Origin: Hyaloraphidium curvatum SAG 235-1
Taxonomy: Eukaryota > Fungi > Monoblepharomycota
Length of the DNA: 64,000 nt
Reading direction: 5' to 3'
Assembly (NCBI GenBank): GCA_025558095.1
Contig: JAIVFI010000011.1
Location: 248,001-312,000 of the forward strand
Positions 24,609 to 36,936 of the stretch are shown piece after piece. The notes under the pieces were generated by a model. It was not told where the DNA came from, made no database searches, and saw nothing but the letters and a program-made list of their open reading frames with translations. How positions within the stretch are numbered: position 1 is the first letter of the stretch; every line of letters begins with the position of its first letter. The translations under genes and the position numbers were made by a program.

Positions 24609-27600
24609 ATGGTCAAAAAGAAGCTCGGCGGCGGCGCGGTCGCCGGGCTCAAGAAGGCGCCCAAGAAGCCCGCGGACGAGGCGCCGCCCGCGGAGGAGGA
24701 CGACGCGCCCGCCGCTCCGCCGCCGCGCAACGTGTTCGCGGCGCTCGAGGACGGCGGGTCGGCGTCGGACGGCAGCGATGCGGAGGCCGCGCCGGCAAAG
24801 GGCGGCAAGGGCGCCAGGGGGAAGCCCGGGAAGGCCGAACCCGCGCCGTCGGACTCGGAATCCGCGCCGGAAGACAAGCCGGCAAAGGGCAAGCAGGCCG
24901 CAAAGGGCGGCAAGAAGAAGCAGCCCGCCGCCTCCTCGGGATCCGGCTCGGACGTGCCCTCGCCGCCGCCGTCGTCGGCGCGGAAGCCCAAGCCCGCCCC
25001 GCCCGCGGAGGAGGAGCACGAGCCGCCGGTGCCGGTGAAGCTCCCCGCCAAGCCGCAAAAGACGCACGGCTCGCTGGCCGCGCGGCGGCTGGCCACGGAG
25101 AACTTCGATTCGTCGGCGTCGGAGCGGGCGTCGGAGGACGACGAGACCAAGCGGACGCCGGTGGACGTCGAGTTCCCGGGGTGGAAGAAGGAGGACCGCA
25201 AGGCGACGGAGAAGAAGCTCAAGGCCAGGGTGGCCAAGGGTGGGCCGAGGATGGACACGCCGGAGCCGCAGAACAGGAAGCTGGACCTGGACGACGAGTC
25301 CGAGGGGAGCGGCAGCGACGAGGGCTCGGCGAAGGGCAAGGGAGGGAAGGGCGCATCGGCGAAAAAGGCGCCGTCCAAGCCCGTGAACGCTTTCGCGGCG
25401 CTCGGCGGCGGCTCGGACGACGAGGAGCCGGAGGAGGAGGTCGATCTGGGCAAGAAGAAGGCGAAGCCTTCGAAATCAAAGGGCGCCAAAGCCAAGGCCG
25501 CGCCCGCCAGCGAGGACGAGGCGCCGCCCGCCAAGGGCTCGAAGGCCGGCGCCTCCAAGACCTCGGCAAAGAAGCCCGCCGCATTCGTCTCGGACGACGA
25601 GGGCGACGCCATGTTCCGCAAGCCGGCGGCGGCGCCGGCGTCCAAGAAGGACAAGAAGAAGGGCAAGAAGGGCGCCGCCGACTCGGACGACGAGCTCGCC
25701 GAGGGCCTCAAGTCGGTCAGCCTCGCCGGCCAGACCACCTCGACCAGCTACGGCCCCGGCCTCACCCGCGCGCTGGGCCGCGGCGTGGAGGGCGAGGTCC
25801 GCGCCGACGGCTCGTTCGCCGCGTCGACGGACTACCTGACTGTGACGGGCACGTCGGTCTCGGACGAGACGAGCAAGGACATCATGATCGACCAGTTCTC
25901 CATGGCCGCGTACGGGCAGACCATGGTCAAGGACACGACGCTCAAGCTGATCTACGGCCGGCGGTACGGCCTGATCGGTCCCAACGGATGCGGTGGGTTG
26001 TTTCCCCTTGTTGTGCGGCGCGGCGGGCTGACTTCTGGCCCGCGCAGGCAAATCCACGCTCCTCCGCATGCTCGCGCGCCGGGAAGTCCCCATCCAGAAC
26101 TCGATCGACATCTACCTCCTCGAGAACGAGTTCGCCCCGACCGACATGACAGCCATCGAGGCCGTCGTCGACATCGTCAAGACGGAGAAGGAGGCACTCG
26201 AAAACGAGCAGGAGGAGTTGCTGGGGCAGCCCAACGGGCACGAGGACCCGAGGTTCGAGGCGATCACGGAGAGGATCAACGACCTGGACATCGAGACGGC
26301 GGAGCGGAGGGCCAAGGGTGGGTTCGCTGCTTGTGTTGATCGTTGCAGAGGCTAACCCGGTTTGCAGAGGTGCTCGCGGGTCTCGGATTCACCCCCCAGA
26401 TGCAGCTCATGACGACCAAGGAGTTTTCGGGCGGGTGGCGGATGCGCATCTCGCTCGCCCGGGCGCTCTTTGTCAAGCCCACCCTCCTGCTCTTGGACGA
26501 ACCCACCAACCACCTCGGTCAGCTCCACAGCGTCCGCACCCGGAAACGGAACTGACAATCGTCTTATGCAGATCTCGGTGCCTGCGTGTGGCTGGAAGAG
26601 TACATGAAGAAGTACAAGCACACGATCCTCTTTGTCTCGCACTCCCAGGACTTCCTCAACGGCATCTGCACCGACATCATGCACATGCACAACCGCAAGC
26701 TCGACTACTACACCGGCGACTACGACGGCTTCGTCCACGCGCGCGGGGAGAAGGACGAGTACCTGAAGAAGCGCGCCAAGGCCGAGGAGAAGCAGGTCAA
26801 GAAGATGCAGGACACGGTGGCCAAGCTGGGCCAGAAGGTGGCCAAGCAGGCCAAGCAGAAGGAAAAGGCGATGCAGAAGAAGAGCGAGAAGATCGCGGAC
26901 CTCAAGGACGAGCTCGTGGTGGAGAAGGACCTCAAGATCAGGTTCAACGACTGCGGCCGCGGCATCCCGCCGCCGGTCCTGCAGTTCCGCGACGTCTCGT
27001 TCGGATACCCCGGCCGCGACGTGCTCTTCAAGAACGTCACCCTCGGATTCGATCTTGACTCGCGGGTGGCGCTCGTCGGGCCCAACGGCGCGGGCAAGTC
27101 CACGCTGCTGAAGCTCATGGTCGGGCAAGGTGCGTTGCATTTTGCCGTGCCACGGGATCCGTTCTGACGGACTTTGTTGCAGTGCAACCGACGACCGGGG
27201 AGGTCAAGAAGCATCACCACCTCCGGATAGCCCGCTTCCACCAGCACCTGACGGACCAGCTGGACCTGCAGGCGACCCCGGTCGGCTTCCTCGTGAACGC
27301 GTTCCGCGACGAGGAAGGCACGGCCATCTACAAGGACCAGGACATGCGCAACATTCTGGGCCGGTTCGGGTTGACGGGCAAGAGCCAGGTGCAGCAGATG
27401 TTCCAGCTCAGCGACGGCCAGAGGCGGCGCGTCATCTTTGCCTGGCTCGCGCTCACGACGCCGCATATGCTGCTGCTCGACGAGCCGACAAACCACCTTG
27501 GTGGGTAACCTGAGGCGTTTGCTCGACTCGCGGCTGACCTCGGTGCCTCCCCGCCAGACTTGGGTCAGTTCTTCGAGTCCTCTATTGGCCGCATCGGACG

Positions 27601-27942
27601 TTGGTTGACACTTTTCCTTCTTTCTAGAAACCATCGATGCGCTGGCAGAGGCGATCAACGAGTTTGACGGCGGTGTTGTCCTGGTATCCCACGACTTCCG
27701 GCTGATCGATCAGGTTCGTTGGCCCGAGTGCCGCCTCGCGTCCCTCCTGCTGACACATGGCATCAGGTCGCCAAGGAAATCTGGATCGTTGAAGACGGTG
27801 GATGCGAGGAATGGCAAGGGGACATCCACGAGGTGAGTACCCGGCCGTCTGCTGCGGTGCACCGCCGGTCGCGTGACCTCCTTATCTTTCGCAGTACAAG
27901 GACTTTCTTCGGGAAAACCTCGGGGCCGTGCCCGATGACTGA
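24609..27942 (+). CDS. ABC-F family ATPase (ABCF2/ARB1-like), multi-exon
   Basis: [10 protein letters not shown](KST), [53 protein letters not shown]; no TM domains; long K/D/E-rich N-terminus. Confidence 0.92.
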
Positions 27943-28656
27943 GCATCAGTGCTGTAATGATCAGGAATACCAATGCTTGCTTCCCGTCGTCATTTTAACG
28001 ACCGAAATGAGTTGCGTGATGCGTGATCGCGGGCTTGGGCGATCAACGGAGCCCTGCGACACCGCTCATCCCCACCCCCGGCGGCGCTGCCACTGGAAAT
28101 GGGATAGCGCGTTAGAGATGGCCAGCGACTCGAAAGCAGGGGCTCCTGCCCACCAGGCCGCTCCCGCGGCGCACACCCTCCACGGACATCCGAGCCAGCA
28201 CCCGCTGAACATGACCGGCCCTCAACCCGTGCGTCGGACATCGCTCCTCGGCAACTCGACCTTCGCCTCGCTTTTTGCGAAGTCTCACCCTGTGCCACCG
28301 AGCACGCATGCCCGTGAGCATCGTTCCCGGTGACCAGACGCCGGAGATTAGTCACTGAACGCCGTGTCCCCCAGCGCCGTTCCAGCACCAGGAGAGGCCC
28401 CCTGCGGAAGAAGCGCCGGCCAAGAAGGACCAGCACCATGCTGCGGTCATGCAGACGACGGAGCGGCCGCTGACGCCCATGGGGAGCGCGATTCTGAAGG
28501 GTCGGTCGCCCGAGACGCCTGCGGAGGGCCAGGCTCATTCTTCGTTCCATCTCCAGGCCAATGGGACGTGCCCAGTTTCTGATTCCGTCTGGTCTGTATT
28601 TGGAAGTGTACATGGGGACGCTGTCGCTGTTGCCATCAATCAATTCAAGAAGTCTG

Positions 28657-30111
28657 TCACAAGGCCATGTAGTCTTCTGCCGTTGGGATCGCTGCCGGCG
28701 GAGGGCAGAACAAGAGACCGTCTGAATTCATGATCCTTTGGAAGATGTCGAATCGCTCGCGCAGCTCCCTGTTCTCCTCCTCGGCTTTCGGCTTCCTCTT
28801 CAGCTCGTGCGAGAGCTTTCGCATTTCCGCTTCCAGCTTCTCCGACAACCGGAGGACGTCGGCGACGGATGATTCAGATGGCACTGGCACACCAACATCC
28901 GGTGGTGCTGCGCGTCCTTGTCCGATGGGCGAGCTCTGCGAGGCCTTGCCGTCCGAAGCCCGCGACGGAGGTTTCCGTTTCGGCGCCGTCGGTGCGGAAG
29001 CATCAAACGCCGGCGGACCGAAAGCAATCTCTCCCGCCTTGAACATCCGATACGAAAGCTTGAGCAGCTTGTCCAGAAGCTCGTTCTCGCGGTCCAAGTG
29101 CCTCAGCTGCACGGCCTCCCGGTGCAGGGCCAGCATTTCTTCATCCATAGAGCGCAACTTATCAATAGCTCCGCGGAGCAGCGGTTGCATGTCATCCTCT
29201 CGGAGCTGATTGCTGATGGCGCCCCTCACTGCGCGACCCATCTTTCCAGCGAGCGAAAGCCTCTTCTTGTGGCCGGGCTTGAACGCGGATGGCGGCGCAC
29301 GACCGTTCTTCCGGTCGAACTCTTGCTCCTTCTGCTTCTCTGCCAGAATGAGACTCTGGAATTGGTTGTCGCTTGGCCAGAGGAAAAGAGCAGGATTTGC
29401 CAGATAGCGAGAAGCCATCTCCCTGGCCCGGCCCATGCGTTCCGCGTACCTGAATGGCACACTAGTCAGTTAAACCATCCCAGTGCTGTGGCAGGAACAT
29501 GCTTACTTCTCTTCTAGGTACGGATCCGCTGGCGGATGGGAGTTCTCGCCGAAGACGTATTTGACGTCGCTCGCCTGGCAACGTGACCGAAAATCAGCAA
29601 CGCTGAAATCTCGCGAGGCCAAACGACGAGCTCACATCGAACTTCGCGTACGCGCCGTCGTCGAAGCTGCGTACAAACGAGCATATGCAGGCGTAGCCGG
29701 GGGCTGCTTGGCAGCATCCCCGCTGCTTCTGCAGCTCCAACTTGACATCCGCCGGCACGGAGTCTTCGGAAACGACCTGAGGGACGTGCCACATGAGCAT
29801 GCGCACCTCCGCTCCCAGAGCAACGTGTGACGCACCAAGACAGGCCACCTGCACGTCCAAAGGCAACAAACGCGGGAGAGAGCGTTGGTGAGACCCTGGT
29901 TCATTCCATTCACAATTCATTCACGACGAAGTACCATATGTCTTCGTCGAAGTTGACCTGCCGGGAGATGTGAGGAAAGACGAAGGGGACGAGGGGATCG
30001 ACGTGCCTCCAAGATTTCCGGCCCCTGAAACGCGCCTCCATCGCCCTTGCGTGACGCGTCAATCTCCAAAGCAGCCCTTTTCCGCTTCGCGCCAGCCGGT
30101 CCTGAGGCCAT
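28657..30111 (-). CDS. Hypothetical protein, spliced, C-terminal coiled coil
   Basis: 267-aa last exon with coiled-coil segments; upstream exons and the start are uncertain. Confidence 0.45.
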
Positions 30112-30172
30112 TCCGCCTCGCAGTGTGTTCAAGCAGTCAGTCGCGGAGGCCTATCAACCATCACCTGCGCCG

Positions 30173-32959
30173 ATGGAGCCCCACGCGCTCCCTAGTCCGC
30201 CTCAGGCGTCTCCCCTTCCTCCGGTGGTCGATGTATTGGACGCGCACATGGACGAGGATGGCGATGGGGACGGAGACTTCCGCGACTCGCTGTTGCCCGG
30301 GGGCCCGTCGTCCCGCTTCGTGGAGCCTCTCCCCGCGAGCCGCTACGTGACGCCCAACAAAGTCTGCTTATTGGCACTGATCGATTCGTGGTGCAAGAGG
30401 TCTGAGGCGTACGGGACTGCTGGGTCGGACGCGCTGCTTGCCTTCGTGACCTGGAGCATCGAGGAGAGGAAGCGGACCTTGGGCGAACCTACTTTCGGCG
30501 ACCTCTGTCGGAGAACTAGGCTCCTTCCCGACGATCTTGGCGAGCTTATTGTGGCGGATCTGATCGAACACGTCGGTGAGGGCCAAGCGCGCAACGACCT
30601 TGCCAGTGACGCTTTCCGCGCTAGACCGCTGGTATCGACAGCCTCGATGCCTTCTTGGATTTCTTTGCCGCTGCTTCTCGCCTACTTGGACCAGTGGATC
30701 CGACCTCCTCAGTTCGAAAGATCGATGGAACCTCCGTGCTGGGCGTATTCCTGCGGCAATGCTGTCTGGACTTCAACACCATGGCCTTTGATAGGGTCGT
30801 TTCCTTCTACGAGTCGTTCCGACACTACGTGATGGAACCCGGGGGCGAATGGCAAGAAGGAGTGACGAACGGTGTCGCTGAGCAGATGGAGGGACTGTCG
30901 TTCCATCGTGCCGCACCGGCAACGCCGGGCAGATCGAACCGGCTCTCAGGGGAACGTCTTCCTACTCCTTCGGCAACGAATCGAGAGTTACTGGGAATTG
31001 TTTCTGACCACGACCTCCACAACTGGATACAGGGGCAGATCAGTCGTATTGAGAGTGGGTCCGGAAAGCCTGCCTTCCATTTCCTTCATCGAGCGTGTTC
31101 CTCCAACAGTCATGGCTGGTCGGCCACTGCCACTTTCCGTGCGCTCGGCACTCCGGAAGCTGCAGTCCCAAATGGCGGACCTTGACGAATACAACTGCCT
31201 CCTTTTCGTCGACGCCATGGAGCGCGGGGAGTACGTCGTGGCGGTCGACAGTTTGCGCCGATTCTTCGACCGGACCATCCTGCTTGATGCTCCGGTGGAT
31301 TCCGAGGACGTTTCACCGAAAGAGCCACAGCCGCGTTACCAATACGCACTCCTTCACCTTGCCTCGGTGCACGCGGCATTTGGCTACACCAACGAGGCCA
31401 TCACCGCGTTACTGGAATGCCAGGACATTGCGCGGGAGAACCACGACGCGGCTTGCTTGAAGTTTTGCCGGCTTTGGATGCAGAACCTACAGTCTCAAGG
31501 CGACCGATCGGGGACTGGCCGGAATGCCATCCTTGGCACCCTCGCAGAATCGTCCAGAAAGGGCGGACTCTCCTACCTGCAGGCGTTGGCCGAACTGACA
31601 ATCGCCAGGCAGGCGCTGCAGGAGGTATGCTCGTGCTATGTACGCCGCTCTCCCACTGTGTTTGATTTGGCTTGCAGGGCAAGCCGCCTGGCTCTTTCTT
31701 TGCGGCCTATACGCGCGCAAATGCCATTATCAGTCGGCCAGAGCGGCGCCTCGAGTCTCCGGAGGACGGCGAGCTCCTCCGATCCCTGCGCGCACCCGCG
31801 CAGCTTCTCCTCGTAACGGCTTACCGGCGCTATGGATTCGCAAACCTCGCGCGGACGCTGGATGCCATGTCGAACGAGCTCAAAGAGAGCTGCGACGCTG
31901 CAACGTGGTCCAGGATCGTGGCGGACCGTGCGCAGGACCTCGTGTCTTTCTCGGGCAAATGGAAAGAGGCAGACAGGCTTGTGCATGGCCAGATGGGGGA
32001 GGCAAAGGGTCACTTTGTCGCCGAAGCGGAGTTGAGGCAGTTCTGGGATCTTGTGTGCTTTGAACGCTCGCTGCGGAGGTGCGTCGTCACCCATTTTGTC
32101 TGGGCTCGGCTTGACCCGCGGAGGGCTGCAGAAAGGAGGCTTCGAAGCTCTCTCTTCTCCGGGCGCAACTGCTTTCCTCGTCAGGCCAGCGATCTGGAGA
32201 GCCCGAAGATCCCGACAGGGTTCTTGAAGTGCAGATGGTCGTCGCGGAGTACCTTCTCTCCATCGACAAGGTCCCCGAGGTATGTTCAACGGTGTGGACA
32301 CTTCGCACCGAGGCCAACGATTGGATTCCAGGCCTTCTCATTGCTGTGCGAAACGCTTTCGCACCCGGCCTGTACTGGCCCTTCAAGTGTCGCCTTCCTC
32401 CTCAAGCTTGCCGACCTCCACGTGACTCGCTCCTCCTCGCCGCTCACGGCCCTCCCCCTCATCTTGCGCAGCCTCACATTGAGCTCGCAGTTCCACATGG
32501 CATCGGACCAGCTCATCGCAGCCCTGAAGCTTGCAGGCATCCTCCTCAATTTCCAGGGGCTTTCGCAGCGCAGCCTGCGGCTCTGCGAACAGGCAATACC
32601 GACGGTGCTCGCAGATGGTACTCTAGTCGCGCGAGGGGAGGCGTGGGTGACGCATGCGCGGTGCCTGATCGCGTGCGCGGGCGACTTGCTCGACTCCGAG
32701 CAGCAAGACCGCCGGACGGAGCTGCTGGAAAGCGCAATCGAGTCCTTGGATCATGCAAGAGAAGGTATGTCGTGGCGCTGCGGCGACGGATCGCGAGCTG
32801 ACGCGGTGACCTCCAGCCTACGAGGCCTTCGAGGCAGTCGACGGCGTACAGACGGCCCTGTACTACAAGAGCCGGGTGTTTGACATCCTCGGTCGGACGG
32901 AAGAGCGCAATGCAGCTGCCGCACAGTTCATGGCCACGACGGCCACGACGCGATCTTAA
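30173..32959 (+). CDS. APC5: Anaphase-promoting complex subunit 5, multi-exon
   Basis: YVTPNKVCLLALI, SVLGVFLRQCCLDFNTMAF, EYVVAVDSLRRFFD, QYALLHLASVHAAFGYTNEA...ECQDIARENHD, followed by TPR-like helices. Confidence 0.88.
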
Positions 32960-32998
32960 AGCGAACAGGGTCAGGCGGGAGATCCGAATCTATGTGAA

Positions 32999-33672
32999 TC
33001 ACAGGGTGTTCTTCCGCGACATCGAGCTGCCGCGCTGGCTCTTGAGCCAATCGTCCAGCTCCTGCACCTTCCTGGCCGCCTCTCGCTGCTTCTCCCACTC
33101 GAGGGACCCCGGCTCGGCATAGGAGCCCCGCAGCTTCTCGTACTCCTCCCCTGTCGTCAGCATCTTCCACGGCTTGCTCCAAAGAAGGGGCCGACTGCGG
33201 AATGGATTAGCAGGTGCCCCTCGCGACACTCTTCGCTTTCGCTCACCCGAGGAAGGTGGCGTACTGGGTCAGGGTGAGAGCAAAGTAGGCGAAGCAGAAT
33301 CCCATGACCGCGGCAACCGTGCCGGTCCCAATGAAGAACCAGCTGGCGTAGTTCTGGGCGAGATCGCTGTTTCAGCGCCGCGCGGCGGGGCCCATCGGAA
33401 AGATTGCCAACCTGGAACAGAATGGAGTACTTTTCGCGCGGCGTCTGCGGACCCGCGGGTGCTGGTGCAGGCTTAGGAAACGCTTTGAGCCCTCCGGTTG
33501 GGGCGGAGACCGGGGTCGCAGGGGATGCAGGCGGGGGCGCGGTGGGAGTGGGTGCCTTTGCCGGAGCCGGAGGCGCGGGAGCGGGGACCGGTGCCGCCGC
33601 AGGAACGGCAGGTTTCGCTGCCGGCGGTGCGGCAGCAGCCGCAGGCGGCGCAGCCGGCGATGGAGTGGCCAT
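32999..33672 (-). CDS. Small single-pass membrane protein, spliced
   Basis: Pro/Ala-rich exon 1, a TM-like exon (FFIGTGTVAAVMGFCFAYFAL) and a charged last exon. Confidence 0.55.
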
Positions 33673-33847
33673 GGGGCGCGTCCGACTTATTTGGGGCCCG
33701 CTGTCCGATCGCGGACGTGCATGGACCCTGGATGACGCGCGATCGGAGCGCCGGGGCGCACCCGTCCTCCACTGCTGGAGAGCAGTTCGATCATTCCTTT
33801 CGCTTCTGTCTATTACATTCCTTTTCAGATCGTGTGATTTTCGCCTC

Positions 33848-36787
33848 TCAAAGTTCCGCGCCCTCTTCCAGGGACTTGAGCTCCTCCTCCAGCACACTCA
33901 TCCTCTGCTCAAAGATTTCAACGTCCCAGTCCGCCTGCGACAGCTCGAAGCGCGACTGCCGTAGCCTCTCTTCCGCCTGCAGAACCTGGTTCAGCAGGCG
34001 GTGGTATTGGGTATTCAATTGCACCAGCTGCAGCGGGGCAGTCAGCACGGGCGATCGATCGCCACGAGTAGCAGGTCCCACCTCGGCCTCCTCTTTGTGC
34101 GCCCACGACGGGAAGTACACGTCCCGCACGAGCCTCTCCAGATCCTTGATGTTGGACGGCGGGGGAGGCAGGGGGAACGGGGGCAGGATGCCGCGCGGCG
34201 GGCCCTGGGGCGGGGGCCGCACGGGGGGCCCCGACGGCGTGCCGGGCCTGGCGCCGGCAAACTGCTGCGCTCCGGGGAACGCGGTGCCGGCGCTGCGCGG
34301 GGTCGGCGACGGCCTCGCTTCCTCCTCCGCGGGGGTATTGTTCTGCGGCGTCGGGATCCGGAGGGGGGCGGGGTTCGTGGGGTTCGGAGGGGGCGGTTGC
34401 TGGGGCGGCGGAGGGAGGGATTGCGACTGCGGGGCCGGGGGCACGGCCTGCGGCGGCGGCCGTTCCGGTAGCGGCGCCGACACCGTCTGCGCCGGTGCGG
34501 GCTTGCCGGCCATACGAAACACGCTGTTGTACGGCTGGTCCTTTGCCGCGCCGGAAAGCTCGATGGGCACGAAACCCCCTGACGATCCGCGTCCGGAATC
34601 GGCGACGGGCGCGGGAAGCGCCCCCGATCGGCGGCCGTAGTAGTCCGGGGCCGTCGTGGGCCTCCATCCCTCCTTGGGCCTCTCGGGCGCCTCGGCATCC
34701 TGCATCACAACGTCCTCGTGCGGCCTCGGCGGCGGCGGCGGCTCGCGCGGGAGCGGGGCCGGGGCGTCGAAAGGTCGTGCGGGGGGAGAGGTCAGCGGAC
34801 CGTCGCGGGGCGGGCCGTCGCGCGGCGGCGCGTCGCGGTGGTGCCGATCGTAGCCCGGTCCCGGGAAGAACGGCGGGCCGCGACCGGGTCCGTTGGGACC
34901 GTAGCCGAAATCGCCCCTGGGAGGGAACTCCCGCTCGCCGCCCGGTGGCGGGCCGCGGAAGGGATACTCCCGGTCGGGAGGCGGGTAGAATCCTTCTCGC
35001 GGGGGATAGCCGCCCATCCGGCCGCGGTCGCCCGGGAAACCGGGGCGATCGGGGTAGAAGGGCCGCGGGGGAAACTCCCGGTCGCGCTCGTCCCTGAACT
35101 CGCGGCTTTCCGGGGCCCGTTCGCGCGGATCCCGCTCGCGCTCCCACTCGCCGCGCCCGGGAGGGCGTTGCGGATACCCTCCCGGATACGGTTCTCGCGG
35201 GCGATCGCGCTCGCCCGGGGGCCTCTCGCGGTCCGGCCTGGCTTCCCACTCGCGGCCCCGCTCCCCGTCTCTGCTCGAACCTGCGCCTTTGTAGTAGTAG
35301 TCGAAGTAGTACTCGTACCGCCTGCGGTACTCGGGGTCTTCGCGGCTGCTGCAACTCTCGAGGGCGTACACGTCGGCCCAGTGCGCAGCGTAGCGCTCGC
35401 GCTCCGGGTCGCGCCGTTCCCTTTCGCGCGACGACGGAACATCGCGTTCCCGGGAAGGCAGCGTGTCCGGCCTCGGCGGCCCGGCCCAGTCCCTCTCCCG
35501 GGGTCGCTCCTTGTCCCACGCACCGGGCTCGTCGCGATCCCGCGCGCGCTCGCCGTCGAACCTGCCTTCCTCCCTCGACGACGATCCCGGAGCACGGTAG
35601 TCCCTCGCGTCGTCCTTGTGCGGCGGGGTGCGGCGGACGTCGGGAGGCGTGCGGCGGGCGTCGGGCTGCGGTTCGTCCCTGGGCGGTTCGCGCGGCCTGT
35701 CCCTCTCCCTGTCGCGATCTCGGACGGCACTCCAGTCCTTTGGCCTCTCTGGCGGCACCTCGTCTCGCAGAGGCGGCGCGAGCCGCGGTTCGCGGCTCGG
35801 CGGTTCCGCGGGAAGTTCGGTGCTCGCGCTCTTTGCCGGCGTCGCCTCGGGGCGGCGCTGCTGGAAGGGCAGCGGCCTCCGCGGGCGACCTTCGTCGTCG
35901 TCGTTGCCGAGAGGAATCATGTTTGCACCCGTGACCTTGCGCGCCTGGTTGCCGCCGCCGCGCTTGCCGCCTCGGGCTTGCCCGCCGGGGGACCTGCCAA
36001 AGTCGGGCTGCGCAGCGTTCTGCTTCTTCTGGCCCCCATCGGACACCTTGGGCCGCGGAGGAAGCTGGTTGTTGGCGTCGCCCTGGGATCCCTGCTGGTT
36101 CTGCGACCCGCCCTGCTGCTGGCGCCTGTTCTCGCCCTTGCGGCCGCCTCCCCTGCCCGGCGTCCCCGCGTTTTCGGATCCCGGCGGACGGTACGAGTCG
36201 CTGTCGAAGGGTCTGCGTCCGCGTTCGCCCTTGCCCTCTGGCGAGGGGCGGTGGCGGCCCCGCGGCGATGCGCTACGTCCTGAGCGGGGTTGGCGGCCCC
36301 CGCGGTCGCTTGCGCGGCCGCCGCGCGCTGCTTTCTCGCCCGACGGCGGCGACGGGTCAGACTCGTCGCCGATCTCGCCCTCCTCCGGCTCGGTCTCGTC
36401 GTTTGCGGCCGGGGCGTCGGCCTCGGCGGCCGGCAGCCCGTTCGGCGCATCGGGGCCGCCCGCGCCGCCCGCGCCTTCTTCAGCCGGCCCGGGGCCCGCG
36501 ACGTCCGCGGCATTCAGCTCCGCGTCCGCGCCGCCCGCGCCCGCCGTGCCCGCGTCGCCCGCAGCGCGCGGCGATCCGAGCGACGCGTCGGCCGGCCTCC
36601 CGCCCGGCTCCCCCGCCGCGCCCGCGTCCCCTCCCGGCGCCCCCGCGGGCGCCGCCGCGTCGATCATCTGCGCGTCGCCATCGGCCGGCCGGTGCGGCTG
36701 CGCGGCGTCGGCGCCGTCCGCCGGCTCCTCCTGCGAAAGGTCAGGACTCCTCCGTGGGGCGCGCCCCGGCCCGCCGCCCACCTCCAT
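33848..36787 (-). CDS. Low-complexity (R/D/E/P/G-rich) protein with C-terminal coiled coil
   Basis: 979-aa ORF with RD/RE dipeptide tracts and terminal QYHRLLNQVLQAEERLRQSRFELSQADWDV. Confidence 0.7.
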   Translation of the reverse strand: MEVGGGPGRAPRRSPDLSQEEPADGADAAQPHRPADGDAQMIDAAAPAGAPGGDAGAAGEPGGRPADASLGSPRAAGDAGTAGAGGADAELNAADVAGPGPAEEGAGGAGGPDAPNGLPAAEADAPAANDETEPEEGEIGDESDPSPPSGEKAARGGRASDRGGRQPRSGRSASPRGRHRPSPEGKGERGRRPFDSDSYRPPGSENAGTPGRGGGRKGENRRQQQGGSQNQQGSQGDANNQLPPRPKVSDGGQKKQNAAQPDFGRSPGGQARGGKRGGGNQARKVTGANMIPLGNDDDEGRPRRPLPFQQRRPEATPAKSASTELPAEPPSREPRLAPPLRDEVPPERPKDWSAVRDRDRERDRPREPPRDEPQPDARRTPPDVRRTPPHKDDARDYRAPGSSSREEGRFDGERARDRDEPGAWDKERPRERDWAGPPRPDTLPSRERDVPSSRERERRDPERERYAAHWADVYALESCSSREDPEYRRRYEYYFDYYYKGAGSSRDGERGREWEARPDRERPPGERDRPREPYPGGYPQRPPGRGEWERERDPRERAPESREFRDERDREFPPRPFYPDRPGFPGDRGRMGGYPPREGFYPPPDREYPFRGPPPGGEREFPPRGDFGYGPNGPGRGPPFFPGPGYDRHHRDAPPRDGPPRDGPLTSPPARPFDAPAPLPREPPPPPRPHEDVVMQDAEAPERPKEGWRPTTAPDYYGRRSGALPAPVADSGRGSSGGFVPIELSGAAKDQPYNSVFRMAGKPAPAQTVSAPLPERPPPQAVPPAPQSQSLPPPPQQPPPPNPTNPAPLRIPTPQNNTPAEEEARPSPTPRSAGTAFPGAQQFAGARPGTPSGPPVRPPPQGPPRGILPPFPLPPPPSNIKDLERLVRDVYFPSWAHKEEAEVGPATRGDRSPVLTAPLQLVQLNTQYHRLLNQVLQAEERLRQSRFELSQADWDVEIFEQRMSVLEEELKSLEEGAEL

Positions 36788-36936
36788 TGCCTCCGCGCGA
36801 CGCCGCGGTCCTTACGCTCTATTCCCCGATCCTGAACGGCCCGCGAATCGGGTCGCCATCGGGCCCTCGCCGTTTTCTGTCGGCCTGTCAAAGCCGTTGG
36901 TGCGCGGATTTCCTGCACAATAAACGTCAAACCGTA

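Noticed and set aside
5339-36923. Many long overlapping or antisense ORFs (e.g. 5553-7838, 20099-23524, 20680-23394, 34718-36283)
   Set aside because: Shadow frames of high-GC coding sequence; Arg/Ala/Ser/Pro-rich with no motifs.
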